From Perkinsela sp. CCAP 1560/9 (Eukaryota; Protista; Euglenozoa: Kinetoplastea), in contig CBFFSA010000001.1 of NCBI GenBank assembly GCA_965644495.1, forward strand, positions 1,612,001 to 1,676,000: a stretch of DNA of 64,000 nucleotides, in the 5' to 3' direction. The stretch's first letter is position 1. Each line of letters starts with the position of its first letter. The position numbers were made by a program, and so were the translations under genes. Positions 34,888 to 47,971 of this stretch are shown here, in pieces. A model generated the notes under the pieces. That model saw nothing but the letters and a program-made list of their open reading frames with translations. It did not search any database and was not told the origin of the DNA.

Positions 34888-37363
34888 TATATTGAAAATA
34901 GATTTGTTCTCCCCACAACGTTTATGAGTTGTAACCAAAAAGGGATTTGTCAGAAACAGGGTCTGCGGGATATTCTTACAACAGCAATAATGCTTTTCAT
35001 TGATTGCCCTATTCGGCCTGAGAATTTGCGAAATATTAAGTGGGATCATATCCAGCTATCAGATTCAGAATTTTACTTGCCACGCACAAAAACAAAGAAC
35101 GGTGGTAGCACAATTAAGTGTGGGAGAATTGTGCTTGATCGGATGAAAAATTTGCCAAAATATGACGAGTGTTTTGTTTTTCCGAAGTGTACACGGATGC
35201 ACTTGTCCAAAGTGTTAGCCGGGGCGAAAAAGCATTTTAGCTGGCCTGAATCACTTACGCTTTCTGTACATTGCATGCGCCACACTGGGCATAGCGCTCG
35301 AAAAAATCAGGTAAGTGATCTGATAGGAGCGTTTGTGTCTGATACTACGGTTTCGACTTTTCGGCATTATACGCGCTCTAATGCCGCCAGATTAAACTGA
35401 ACGGAAATGTAAGCTTGTAGCAGAATTTGACACACAGTATAGGAGATACATACATGTACTTTGTATGTTACTGTACTATACGTGCTATGTATGGTACACT
35501 TGTATTCGATTTAGTGCGGCTCTGATATAACTGATAAGTATAAGAGTATTCGGAAAATACGTGTACAAGGATAGAACTTTCACCATGCGACTCAGTCTCG
35601 CATGAAAAGCGACACAACTGTACTTTGACATTAGTTTTAGGCACTACCTTTTTAACACAATATACAGAACCAGACTTCGCGCAGTTCTTACAGCACTGCT
35701 GATTTAAACGGATGGATATTCATGCTACGTATACAGTTTTCTTTAGTAAGTGCAGGAACACTGATCTCACTCCTTCGAGAGCTCTTAGTCACAAGGTAAA
35801 GGTTACGAATAGTACACTGCGATATTAAGAACGCGTACTACCAGTTCCCGATCGAAAATGATCTAAGACAGCAATGCTGTGTATACATGCATGGAACTAC
35901 CTATAGACTCAGAGTCTTGCCCATGGGGTGGAAGTATGCGTGTGGCGTATGCCAAGCGCTTGTTTGGGGGATGATACTCTACGAACAGAAAACTGTGCTC
36001 AGAGATCTTGGAATTCCAGACTGCTTGTCTGATAGTCACATCGCTCCAGGTTTCTTGCACCTTACAAACGGTGGTATCATATTCTTAGTATACGACTCGG
36101 TATTAGTTCCCCTCCTTCAACAGTGATTGATATGTGGCGTGCCCACTTGTATTGTGTGTTTAAGAAAGCGAAAATTACACTCAAGTATCTGACACTGGAA
36201 CCCAAGAGTTGTACCTTTACCTTTTGTGGGGTGTCGATAAGAAGGGATCCGTGCGGTATATCTTGGTCGATCGATACGGCTTCCATTGAATATTAGAAAC
36301 ATCGGATGCAAAAACGTCCCTCGAACTCCCCTAGAAGCTTTTTCAGCATATTAGGGTTCTTACGCTTTGCGCTACCTGTTTTGAACATTCACCGGCGACA
36401 CTTAGGACGTCTGACTAAAATTCAAAGTGAACTCGGAGTCGTTGAGAACTGGGACAAATGCCTCAGTTGTCTTGAGGAACCTCTGACTGACGCGATAAAA
36501 ATTTTATTCCAATTAATCCCACGGTATTCACATCGAAAAACACATTTGTCGGCTGCGCAGCAAGAACCTATCTTCTTTGCCGTGGATGCCACACCAAAGC
36601 GGGTGGCAGCGTGGCAAATAGAAGTTGCACGTCCAAATGTTATAAAGAAGGTGGAATACACAATATGGAAAGATCACGGGATCGACGTCGCTGAGGCGTT
36701 GGCTTTGCAACTTGGAGTAAACAACGCGATGGAGTTAAAGCCTACCTTAATTATCATAGCGTGTGATAATACTGTGGTAAGCCGCAGTTTAGACAAAGGT
36801 TTTAGCTCGTCTTGTGGCGTTGATATTATTATAATTAGTTGAACGAATTATTGTTGAGGGAACTGAAGTAGTACTGGCAGACGTAGCATCACGAGAGAAT
36901 GTTGCGGACATAGGTACGCGACCGGAAAATACACATCAGACGACATTGATTCGCGACTTATAAGCACTTGGAAGGCAATGCACCGCGCGTTGCTTTTATT
37001 CAAGAAGAATGCAGTAACCTATGCAAGTAGGTACTATGAAAAAGATGTCATTGACCCCATTTATGGGCTTGAATAGGTTTCTCCATCACGATATAATTTC
37101 TTTTAGCCCTGGATACTGTTTCTTTTGCGGGATATTGTCAAGGGCCTTGACTCTGTGGGAAGGAACACGTGTCCCCCCAATCGGATAAAGGAATCCTGCC
37201 TTATCTCTCCGTTTTAGCCGGAACCGGCTTCGTTTTAGCCGGAACGGGGAGTGCTGGGCCCAGCTGCCACCTGGGCCTCCCAACCAACCCCAAACACTCG
37301 TACTACACGGCGCTCGACCAGTCAGCAAACCTCCGTTTAACGGCCGAGCCGTCAAACGCCGAT

Positions 37364-38245
37364 TTAATACGCGGGATGCGCCGGTGGAACGAACGGCTCG
37401 TATTCTTTTAGGAAGATATTATCCGCCCTATTCCATGCGATGAAGCGACGCCGCTCCGTCGTTCTATCATTTGTTCGTTCTACTACGGAGAATGGAATTA
37501 CCTCCTGCATTGTCGGACGCTTATCCAACTCTTTACCATTTACACGGTTAATAACGCCTTGATCCAGTAGTAATCTAACGTCAGAACTCGGTAAATCTCC
37601 TTGCAAATTTTAGATCTCGATAGTTGTTGCGGTAGGCTTGTTAACATACGCCATACTTCGTCGAAACCATGTAGAGTCGATTGATCCAGGAACGAACTTT
37701 TTCTTGATCGATACGAGGAATATCCGGTTTAATGTGTAACGGTATATTTATGTCTTCCGAACCAGCCAACCTTGAAGCGCGTCTGGGACGTACAATAGTG
37801 TGTCGTCTTTTCAATGGATAATCTTCCAGGTACGAGTTAAAATCCTTTTGAGTAATTATATTGGTATGTGTTTCATCGCATTTTGTGTCCCCAAAAGCCA
37901 ACGCAGTTGTGACCGGATTCTCGTTGTAGCGGAAGAGTGACTCTGCCTCCTGGTGTTTGGCTAGCCGTTGTACGTCGTCCAAGGTCAAATGTCCCCTCGC
38001 CACCTCCTCGAATAGAAGAGTTATCGCTCCCCACTTCATGGAGTGCGTTCTGTACCCTTCCCCGAGAGTCGAACGTATTAAGGCGTCCATCTGGCGGACC
38101 GTTGTCCTGCACAGAGGAAAACCCTTCCTCATGATCTTCACGTGATTTCGCGATCTCCGCCGTTCCTTCTCCCTCCAACACCGCGTACATTAACGCCCGA
38201 TATGGATTTAGTCGGGTCGTTTTTGTATTTCTACCCCACCAAATA
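37364..38245 (-). mobile_element. VIPER-like copy 3 fragment (YR C-terminus, RT N-terminus)
   Basis: THSMKWGA, AKH..FRY, NIPLHIK, PFSVVE..RRRFIAW. Confidence 0.8.
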
Positions 38246-38568
38246 CCGAAAAAGATAATTCGAAGATAAATATAAAATGCTAGTATGTATGACCGAGTAA
38301 CTAAAAAAAGTTTTCAAATGTTTCAACAATTTTTAGTGTTTTTATTTTTTACAAAAGGGAATCAGAGGATAACGCAGTAGTATAATACTAGTGTAGGCTG
38401 GAGTAGTGCTTGTATTCCAATGTACTTGAACTTCATCAATGACCTTACAATAAAAAACCAAGAAAGATATAATGTCAGTCCAACACTTTTTTCACTTTTT
38501 TGGGGATAACATTTTTCATATAAAAACTTTCTCTTACTTCCTTCTTAACAGCCCAAAATGCCGTAAAC

Positions 38569-39400
38569 TTAGTACTTTGTAAGCCCTCCCTTCGCTTTAA
38601 TCACTGCCCTCAACCGGCGAGGCATGCTCTGAACAAGAGGAAGGCATCCACTCGGAGGAACGTTCGCCCACGCTTTTTGGACGCGTTTCCACAACTCCAG
38701 CATTCCTGTTGAAGGGTCTGGATGGTCCGCTGTCCCCTTTATCAACTCAGCCCTAAGGTTTCTATGGGATTTAAGTCTGGAGACTGAGGGGCCAGTCAAG
38801 CATACACAGCTTTTGTGAATTTAGGAAATCACGAGCCATCTTACTCGTGTGCTTCGGATCGTTATCTTGTTGAAAGATGATAGTATCTTTCGCGACACCC
38901 AGCTTCTGAAGAGAAGGGGGTAAATTCTGTCGCAGAATTATAGAATACTGTTCAGCGTTCTTGTTACCATGAACTAACTCAACAGAGCCCACACCATGGG
39001 CCATCATACAACCCCATATCATGATGGACCCCCTCCATCTTTGTCGGTGCTTTGTGTGTTTCTCTCTGACAGCGCCTCCCCAAAACTCACCCAGACCCAC
39101 CGGCTGCCATTGGATTCAAATCGGCAGATCTTTGTTTCGTCCGTAAATTTTACGCGGACTGGGGTCCTTTTTACTAAAAAGGGCACGACCCCAGTCCGCG
39201 TGAGTCCAATGCTCATACTTTTTCGCAAAGTCAAGACGTAGAGCCTTGTAACGCTTCGTCAGGTGTGGTTTTTTGATCTTCTTTGCCCTCATCCCACGCT
39301 TGCGAAGGCAAACCCGAATGGTTTGAGGATAGACATCAGCAATACCTTCGTCTTTTAGCCTTTTGCTGGCAACAACTTCGTCTTTCGTTGCACCGCTAGT
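38569..39400 (-). mobile_element. Tc1 transposase (frameshifted)
   Basis: FTDETK, IMIWGCM, FQQDNDPKHTS, SMPRRLRAVIKAKGGLTKY. Confidence 0.9.
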
Positions 39401-40014
39401 CTTTCGTTGCACCGATAGTAAGCTATGAAGTAGCTTATTTCCTTGCCAATTAGAGTCAAAGGTGTAAAGAGCGTGCTCCACTGCTAGCATCTCAGGTACG
39501 CCGCGAAGCGGCGCTTAATTTTTCTTCCAAAACTATTTTTTCTTATCTTTGCTTATTTTTTGTGATTGTTTACCGATTTCTACTGATTTACTTTGATGAT
39601 ACAGGGTGATACTTGCAATCAACAAAAAGTAAGACTCGTAGCTCTATAAACGTTGGTCCCAGTTTTGGTGATCGGGGTTGTATTCACTATTCGCTTGTTT
39701 GTTTCTCCTTTATACTTTACTTGTCAGACCTAGCCTTCATAGCTGTATCCCCCTTTACAAGCTGTCCCCCCACATGCCTTTATACGAATGCCCCACAGCG
39801 TTCATCAATCTGTATCCCCAACCGAGTGAAAAAATACTACAATCATGGTTTTCAAAACAATACGCCGCGAAGCGACGCGCTTTTTCTTGAGAGGAGGAGA
39901 TTTTCTCCCCCCCTAATTAGTGTTGAATTTTGCCGAATTTCACTCAACACTAAATAGGGACAGTATATATTTTTGTAAGGTTCCATTGTTTTCTTCACCT
40001 CTTTTTTAGAATCC

Positions 40015-41955
40015 TAAAAAATCATAAACAAACGAAAGACACACAAAATTAAAAGAAAATCCTTTCCCTTCTTTCTTCTCCATCCCCCCCCCCAATGCCC
40101 CTCCTCTTCTTCAAAGACTTTGAAAAAGACGTCACCGACTTCTTCACCTCCCCCCACGGCTTCTCCCTCCTCACCCGTACCCCCGGCGCCGACCGCTCCC
40201 CCTACCTTAACCACGCTATCACCCCCGACCCCCATAACAATACAAACAGCACAGGGAGTGGGGGGAGTAAACATAAGGTAAAGATGGGGGTTTGTGATGA
40301 GCAGAATATGGCAGAATACTGGAACATTAGTGGTCATGTACTCTCTTTGTACACCTACCGTAGTGTTTCTGTAGATGTATATTTTTGTAAGCTTCACCCA
40401 TTTTTTCTTCCCTTTTTTTACAACTTAAAAAAACCATAAACAATCATAAACAACAAAAAAGACACACAAAAAACAAGAAAATCTCTGCACATTTTTCTTC
40501 TCTCTCTTTTCTCCCACCACCCCCTCAATGCCCCTCCTCTTCTTCAAAGACTTTGAAAAAGACGTCACCGACTTCTTCACCTCCCCCCACGGCTTCTCCC
40601 TCCTCACCCGTACCCCCGGTGCCGACCGCTCCCCCTACCTTAACCACGCTATCACCCCCGACCCCCATAACAATACAAACAGCACAGGGAGTGGGGGGAG
40701 TAAACATAAGGTAAAGATGGGGGTTTGTGATGAGCAGAATATGGCAGAATACTGGAACATTAGTGGTCATGTACTCTCTTTGTACACCTACCGTAGTGTT
40801 TCTGTAGATGTATATTTTTGTAAGCTTCACCCATTTTTTCTTCCCTTTTTTTACAACTTAAAAAAACCATAAACAATCATAAACAACAAAAAAGACACAC
40901 AAAAAACAAGAAAATCTCTGCACATTTTTCTTCTCTCTCTTTTCTCCCACCACCCCCTCAATGCCCCTCCTCTTCTTCAAAGACTTTGAAAAAGACGTCA
41001 CCGACTTCTTCACCTCCCCCCACGGCTTCTCCCTCCTCACCCGTACCCCCGGTGCCGACCGCTCCCCCTACCTTAACCACGCTATCACCCCCGACCCCCA
41101 TAACAATACAAACAGCACAGGGAGTGGGGGGAGTAAACATAAGGTAAAGATGGGGGTTTGTGATGAGCAGAATATGGCAGAATACTGGAACATTAGTGGT
41201 CATGTACTCTCTTTGTACACCTACCGTAGTGTTTCTGTAGATGTATATTTTTGTAAGCTTCACCCATTTTTTCTTCCCTTTTTTTACAACTTAAAAAAAC
41301 CATAAACAATCATAAACAACAAAAAAGACACACAAAAAACAAGAAAATCTCTGCACATTTTTCTTCTCTCTCTTTTCTCCCACCACCCCCTCAATGCCCC
41401 TCCTCTTCTTCAAAGACTTTGAAAAAGACGTCACCGACTTCTTCACCTCCCCCCACGGCTTCTCCCTCCTCACCCGTACCCCCGGTGCCGACCGCTCCCC
41501 CTACCTTAACCACGCTATCACCCCCGACCCCCATAACAATACAAACAGCACAGGGAGTGGGGGGAGTAAACATAAGGTAAAGATGGGGGTTTGTGATGAG
41601 CAGAATATGGCAGAATACTGGAACATTAGTGGTCATGTACTCTCTTTGTACACCTACCGTAGTGTTTCTGTAGATGTATATTTTTGTAAGCTTCACCCAT
41701 TTTTTCTTCCCTTTTTTTCCAATTTAAAAAAACCACAAACAATCATAAACAACAAAAAAGACACACAAAAAACAAGAAAATCTCTGCACTTTTTTCTTCT
41801 CTCTCTTTTCTCCCACCCCCCTCAATGCCCCTCCTCTTCTTCAAAGACTTTGAAAAAGACGTCACCGACTTCTTCACCTCCCCCCACGGCTTCTCCCTCC
41901 TCACCCGTACCCCCGGCGCCGACCGCTCCCCCTACCTTAACCACGCTATCACCCC
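40015..41955 (+). repeat. 433-bp tandem array: four truncated copies of the porin 5' region, plus the gene's own start
   Basis: Identical ORF starts at 40095, 40528, 40961, 41394 and 41825. Confidence 0.95.
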
Positions 41956-42883
41956 TGACCCCATTAATAATAATAATAACAACAACAACAACAACAACAC
42001 GCTCTCCCTCAACCTCCACTACGACTGTGCAGTCCGCGGGCTCCAGTCCGTCCTGGGACTCACCAACAAGGGGACCGCGAGTGGGAGGGTCACGTGGAAG
42101 AGTGGTGGGAGTAGTGGGAGTAGTGGTAGTGGCAGTGGGAGTGCTACGGCTACTACGGCTACTACGGGGAGTAGCAGTGGATTCCTTCGTGGGTTCACGC
42201 AGGGCTCTCACCACACGGTGACCCTCGGGGACAGCGTGGGGCTGTCGGGGCCGTACCCGTGGAGCGGGTGGGTGAGTCAGGAGAGTGTGTGGGGGGAGGG
42301 GGAGGGGGGGGTGACGCTGGGGTCGTGGCACGGGTTCGGGGAGAACGGGGGGGGGAGGGGGGGGAGTAAAACCCAATGTGGGCTCTACGGCCCCCGAAGT
42401 CAGTTCGGGGTCTCGTTTGGGGTGCCGTCGGTGCCGGAGCTGACGCTGGGGATGGGGTCGCATTTCTGTGCGTGGAAACGGGAGTTTGCGGCATGGAAGG
42501 TGGGGGCGCGGTTGGATACCCCCGCGGGGCATTTGGTGACCGCGACGGCGGACCAGGAGGGGAATGTCGCGGTGCGGGGGATGGCGAAGACGAGGGGGTG
42601 TGGGTGTCTGGGGGTGGGGAAGGAGGCGGAGGTGAAGTATTGGGTCTCGATGGCACAGAAAGCGGACGGGGGGCGTCCGGAGGTGCTGCTGGGGGCCTCG
42701 ATGGCGTGCCCGGCGACGTTGTCCGTGCTCAGTGTGAAGAGTGACCTTAAGGGGGTGTATGGGGTTCGGGCCACCCGCGCGCTGCAGAATGCGACCACGG
42801 TGAGTATTGGGGTGGAGGGAACGGTGAAGGAGTTGACGACTGACCCCGCCGCGAAGTTGAGTGTGCATGTGGTGAAGGACTGA
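41825..42883 (+). CDS. Mitochondrial porin (VDAC/Tom40 superfamily)-like protein
   Basis: N-terminal helix PLLFFKDFEKDVTDFFT resembles the VDAC start; alternating beta-strand pattern; C-terminal KLSVHV beta-signal-like end. Contains poly-N and G/S/T inserts. Confidence 0.55.
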   Translation: MPLLFFKDFEKDVTDFFTSPHGFSLLTRTPGADRSPYLNHAITPDPINNNNNNNNNNNTLSLNLHYDCAVRGLQSVLGLTNKGTASGRVTWKSGGSSGSSGSGSGSATATTATTGSSSGFLRGFTQGSHHTVTLGDSVGLSGPYPWSGWVSQESVWGEGEGGVTLGSWHGFGENGGGRGGSKTQCGLYGPRSQFGVSFGVPSVPELTLGMGSHFCAWKREFAAWKVGARLDTPAGHLVTATADQEGNVAVRGMAKTRGCGCLGVGKEAEVKYWVSMAQKADGGRPEVLLGASMACPATLSVLSVKSDLKGVYGVRATRALQNATTVSIGVEGTVKELTTDPAAKLSVHVVKD

Positions 42884-43477
42884 GGAAGGGGGAGAGAGGG
42901 TGTTGGTAGGAAGGAAGACTGTGGATATGAAAGGGGTTTTGTTTTGGAGAAAAATGGAGTTGGAGTGGATAGCTTGTTTTTCTGAGTTGAATCTTTTTGT
43001 GTTGCGCAGAGCGTGGAGACAAGGTTATATTTTTTGAAAAGCATTTGTGTATAGTTTGTGTGTACAGACGGTTCGTTTTTTTGATTGGATTTTACCGAAA
43101 GTTTGTGTGCATAGGAGATCTGAGTGATGAAAATACGTGTTATACAGCGTAGGAGACGTCGTTTTTGATGTATTTATTTGGCTGCTCCAAAATTTTGTTT
43201 TAAAGCGATCAATAGAAACCGCACATTTTCTTATTCATAGAGAATACTAGTCGCGTAGCATGTAAATTGTTTTACGAAACATGTGTAACTGTCTCATCAA
43301 CTTTTAGTTTTCTACAGATCTACTATTGCACTGATATTCTTTGTAGCATCAATGTTGTTTATGGAATTAGTTCTATACAGAAGTTTCCGCCTTCGATTTT
43401 TTTTATTTTTCTTACCTGAAGCACTTTATCTGATTTATCATTCATTACTTTTCCACGTTTCACATTATTTAAAGTTG

Positions 43478-43729
43478 ATGAGCGATTCTTCTCGATTTCC
43501 CGAGTTAAAATCCTTTCTAGGTAAGAACGTGTATGTCCGCGTTACGGGAAAGCGTGGGGTGCAAGGAGTCCTGCGTGGGTTTGACGAACGTATGAATATT
43601 GTGCTGGACAGTTGTATTTCGGTGAACGAAAAAAACGATCAGCAGACACCGCTACACAGTGAGGCAAATATTCCGGCCGTGCTTCGTGGCTCTTTTATTG
43701 AAAATATTGAACTCGTAACTGTGTCCTGA
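43478..43729 (+). CDS. SmG: Sm protein G (SmG/Lsm7 family)
   Basis: PELKSFLGK..VQGVLRGFDERMNIVLD (Sm1) and VLRGSFI (Sm2). Confidence 0.8.
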   Translation: MSDSSRFPELKSFLGKNVYVRVTGKRGVQGVLRGFDERMNIVLDSCISVNEKNDQQTPLHSEANIPAVLRGSFIENIELVTVS

Positions 43730-44106
43730 GAGAAATGGTCGTATTAGAGTTGTATTAGAGATGTGACTTCTGTTACAATACGAGTCGTAGCACAATGTTT
43801 GAAATGAGACCAAGCGTTGTATTCAAGCTCTGTAAATTTGGTAATGGATTCCTCGTAGAATGAATATCTCATATGTAGTTCCTATAGTTTTCTGACCGGT
43901 TTTCTTACACGGTTCCTTTTATGATTCAGCATTTATGACTCTTTTGTTTCCGTAGGCGACAAGCGATTTTTCATGGATATCTAACCGAGAAACCTAACCA
44001 TTGTCGTAAACTCGCTCTGTACATATCAATGCTCTCTTGCTCTTCATAGTCTTTCCTCCGATTCATAGTCTCTTCATATATTTTTCATTTTTTTTTACCT
44101 TCACAC

Positions 44107-45218
44107 ATGACTCTGCTAAGACTACTTTTTCTTCTACTCAGCGCATTTCCACCCAACGTGGAGAATTACGTTGGACTTCACTTTTTCAAAGGGTACACCT
44201 TTTCTGCAGTGAACACAGCAGATGATTCTGCACCTAAAGTGATATGTCAGCGACTTGGCGACATTCGAGAGTTTGTTCGCAAGGCTGCTTCCTATTCTGA
44301 AGCCTTATTGGAAGATGCGACTTCAGCAAGGTATGTACATAAGGACACTTTTGGTCGCATAACAGCTGTGAAATGGAAAGGATACAAACACGGCACCGAA
44401 CAGTACATATCTTGGAAGGCATCTACGAAAACACGAGTACGCACTCTTTCCGAGAAGATTCATTGGAACCTTCTTCCGTGTACTGTACACGAAATCGATT
44501 TGTCTTTCAATTCCCTGAGTTCTGTTTCTAATCAAACTTTGCCTACGACTTCAGACTTCCCTTTCCTCAGTGCACTCAACGTTGAAAGCAATCAATTGAG
44601 TGGAAATGTTTCGTGGTCAGAATTGCCGTCTACTCTTCGTGTGCTGAATATACGAAAGAATAATTGAGCGGCTCTGTAGAGTGGAGCTCCTTGCCTTCTT
44701 GTCTAATGATATTAGACATATCAGAGAATAAATTTGCCGGTAGTTGTGAATTTCATGCATTGCCACCTGGTCTACGAGAGCTGAACGCTGCGGGTAATAA
44801 TTTTGGTGGAGAATTGCGCCTGGTCCGAATTCCGTTTACGTTACTCGTCTTGAATCTTTCAAACAACAACCTCTCTGGAAACATCGATTTCTCTAGTCTC
44901 CGAGATGAGTGCCATCTGTCATTTCACAAAAAACGGGATTCATCAAAGACTCAGTCATCCGTTTCAAACGTAACAAGTCGTTCCCTTCAGATTGAGGAGA
45001 TCGATCTCAGTAGCAATCGATTCAGTGGAAATGTCAAGCTCGATGTCTTTCTTCCTTTTTTGCTGAAGATGAATTTGGGGAACAACACACTAGGACAGAG
45101 CTGCGAGATTCGCAACATTGCGCCTTGCACCCATGTGGATATGAGACAGAATTGGTTTCGACATGTAGGTTTTCTGGACTGCGCGCATCAAGTTCTTCTT
45201 GCTCCTCAAAAGGTCTAG
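44107..45218 (+). pseudogene. Secreted LRR protein, 1-bp frameshift at ~44664
   Basis: Signal peptide; LxLxxNxLSGxV repeats. AAGAATAATTGAGC here versus AAGAATAAGTTGAGC in paralogs. Confidence 0.8.
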
Positions 45219-45812
45219 CGCTTTGTTTTAATGATGGTTTTGGCATTTGTGTTGACAAATAATTTCTCAGTTGGACGGTTTCGTTTTGTTTATGCTGGTT
45301 TAGGCTTGCCCGAGTACCACCTGTGTGGACAGAGCTTTTAAAATGTTTTATGGATCAGATGATAAGAGATATTTTTGTTTGAATTATAAAATACCAAGAA
45401 AGTATTTCAATCAGATGCTTGCCAAACTTCTTGACAAATCCAGCTTTCAAATGTTTTTACATTTTCTTGCCTGTGTTGGTTTCGTTTTATAGATATTTGT
45501 TCAGTGAATGCTGCAGAGTTTTTGAGTGGATTTGGCTATGCTTCTTGCGTGTAAATACACGAACATTTACCCATAAAAACCCTCTTGCCCGACCAGTTTA
45601 AATCTTGGTTCTCCTCCAAAGTAAGGATTCTTTTATTTTTTGCCACGTAGAATCCACCGTACAACATTACAGTGGTGGAAACTTCTGCTCTGCATATTTC
45701 GTTTTGATGAATGTAAATAATGTAACACCGAAAAAATGTACCAAGACAGCATACCAATAATATGCAATTGTTTCCTTCTTAGCCTACTTGAATACCTTTT
45801 TCTCTTTTCCTT

Positions 45813-46877
45813 ATGACTCTGTCCGGTCTACTTTTTCTTCTGCTCAGTGCACTTCCAGTGCTGTCCGAATCTTTCGTGGGACTTCACTTATTCAAAGTGA
45901 ATACAGCAGATGATTCTGTGCCTAATGTGCTCTGTGAGCGACAGGGTGACATTCGAGAGTTTGTTCATAACGCATACAATATTTACGTCATCCCTTCCCA
46001 GTGCCTTTGGGAGAATGCGCACCACGTACAAAAGGACACATTTGGTCGAGTAACAGACGTGAAATGGAGGAAATACATATCCGGAGTATATGGCTTTTCG
46101 AATAGGATTCACTGGAGCCTTCTGCCGTGTACTGTACGCAAAATCGATTTGTCTTTCAATTCCCTAAAGTCTGTTCCGAATCAAACTTTGCCTACGGCTT
46201 CAGACTTTCCTTTCCTCACTGAACTCAACGTTGAAAGTAATCAATTAAGTGGAAACGTTTCCTGGTCAGAATTGCCGTCTGCTCTTCGTGTGCTGAATAT
46301 ACGACAGAATAAGTTGAGCGGCTCTGTAGAGTGGAGCTCCTTGCCTTCTTGTCTAATGATATTAGACATATCAAAGAATAAATTTACCGGTAGGTGTGAA
46401 CTTCACGCATTACCTCCTGCCCTTCGAGAACTAAACGCAAGTCAGAATTCTTTTGATGGGGAACTGCGTCTGACGAATATTCCGTTTGCTCTGGTGACCT
46501 TAAATCTTTGTAATAACAAGCTTTCAGGTACGGTGGATTTCTCCGGCCTCCGTCGTGAGTGTCACTTATCAAGTAGTGAACTGGAAGAGGACAAGAAATC
46601 CAACGAACGGAGGTTCGTTTCGTGTCCTGTTATGCTTCAGGATGTGAATTTGTGTGAGAATCTGTTTAGCGGAAATTTCACTCTTCATCTTGTTCTTCCG
46701 TACCTTGTAAAGGTTGATATGAGCGGCAATTCGATTGGTCCTAATATCGAGGTTGAAAACCTGTCGCCTTCTACTTTGGTTGATTTGAGACGAAATCAGA
46801 TTTCTACTGCGATGATAAAATGCGCTAAGCAGGTGATGCTGTTTCCTCAAAACCAACATCCGTTGGGCATCCTCTGA
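45813..46877 (+). CDS. Secreted LRR protein
   Basis: Signal peptide plus plant-type LRRs. Confidence 0.9.
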   Translation: MTLSGLLFLLLSALPVLSESFVGLHLFKVNTADDSVPNVLCERQGDIREFVHNAYNIYVIPSQCLWENAHHVQKDTFGRVTDVKWRKYISGVYGFSNRIHWSLLPCTVRKIDLSFNSLKSVPNQTLPTASDFPFLTELNVESNQLSGNVSWSELPSALRVLNIRQNKLSGSVEWSSLPSCLMILDISKNKFTGRCELHALPPALRELNASQNSFDGELRLTNIPFALVTLNLCNNKLSGTVDFSGLRRECHLSSSELEEDKKSNERRFVSCPVMLQDVNLCENLFSGNFTLHLVLPYLVKVDMSGNSIGPNIEVENLSPSTLVDLRRNQISTAMIKCAKQVMLFPQNQHPLGIL

Positions 46878-47507
46878 AACGCATTTGCATCAAAGACATT
46901 AGTTCCCCCCCTTTATCTATTTTTGAAATGTTCTACTGCAGGATATGTACCAAACTCTTGGTAGCGTTTGATCTGTATTTTCTTGCCATCATCTAGATTT
47001 TGTTACCAATGTGTACAATTTTAATATTTTGCTACAAATATTGTACATCTTGCCCGACATAGCTTTATTAAATCCACAAAATATGTGGATATTTCATATC
47101 CACATATTAATAATAATAATAATAATAACAATAATAATAAAAAGGTAATATTATTACCTTTGGAACTCTTCATAATAATAAGTGCAGAGAATTTATTGTC
47201 GCAGAATAGCATTACGTATGAAAATGCTCTATCTATGAAATTTTCTTTCATCTTGCCTTTTTGTTTACGCACAACCTTTGGGAATGCCAACTTTAGTGTT
47301 GAATTTTGTTGTCGTTATGCTCATTCATGTTACTTTACTATTTTATCTTGCCATAACAATTTTCCTAGAAATGCAATGAACGTGAGTACAACATTATATT
47401 TATATGCGATATTGTATCTCAACAGCATTGCAATATTCTTCTTCCATTACATCCTTTGCATTATTCGATTTCAGATTTCTTGATTCTTATATGAGAATCT
47501 CTTTTCT

Positions 47508-47971
47508 CATGCCCTCTCCCACCCACCTCCCCCACGCGCTTGCCCGAACCCGTCCCTACACCTCTCTCCTCGTCTGCATGACTTCCCTTTACGTTACTCC
47601 TCTTGAATCTTTCGAACAACAACATTTCTGGAAACATCGATTTCTCCTGTCTGCAAGATGAGTGTCACCTGTCGTTTCGCAAAAAACGGGATTCACCAAA
47701 GACTCAGTCATCCGTTTCAAAAGTATTGAGTTGTTCCCTTCAGATTGAGGAAATCGAACTCAGTAGCAATCGATTCACTGGAAATTTCGTGCTCGATGTC
47801 TTTCTTCCTTCATTGCTGAAGATGAATTTGGGGAACAACACATTAGGACCGAGTTGCGAGATTCGCAACATTGCGCCTTGCACCCATGTGGATATGAGAC
47901 AGAATTGGTTTCGACATGTAAGTTTTCTGGACTGCGCGCATCAAGTGCTTCTTGCTCCTCAAAAGGTCTAG
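47508..47971 (+). pseudogene. Chimeric remnant: 5' end of the 52273 gene joined to an LRR 3' half
   Basis: MPSPTHLPHALARTRP matches MLSPTQSLHALTRTRP; from ~47588 it duplicates 44837-45218. Confidence 0.8.

Larger units (their letters stand above)
33870..37075 (+). mobile_element. TATE/DIRS-like YR retroelement (YR, RT, RNase H), degenerate
   Basis: YR: IRPENL, HCMRH, HY. RT: DIKNAYYQF, VLPMGW. RNase H: VDAT, AEALAL, CDNT, NVAD. The YR frame rejoins once the two inserts are removed. Confidence 0.75.
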
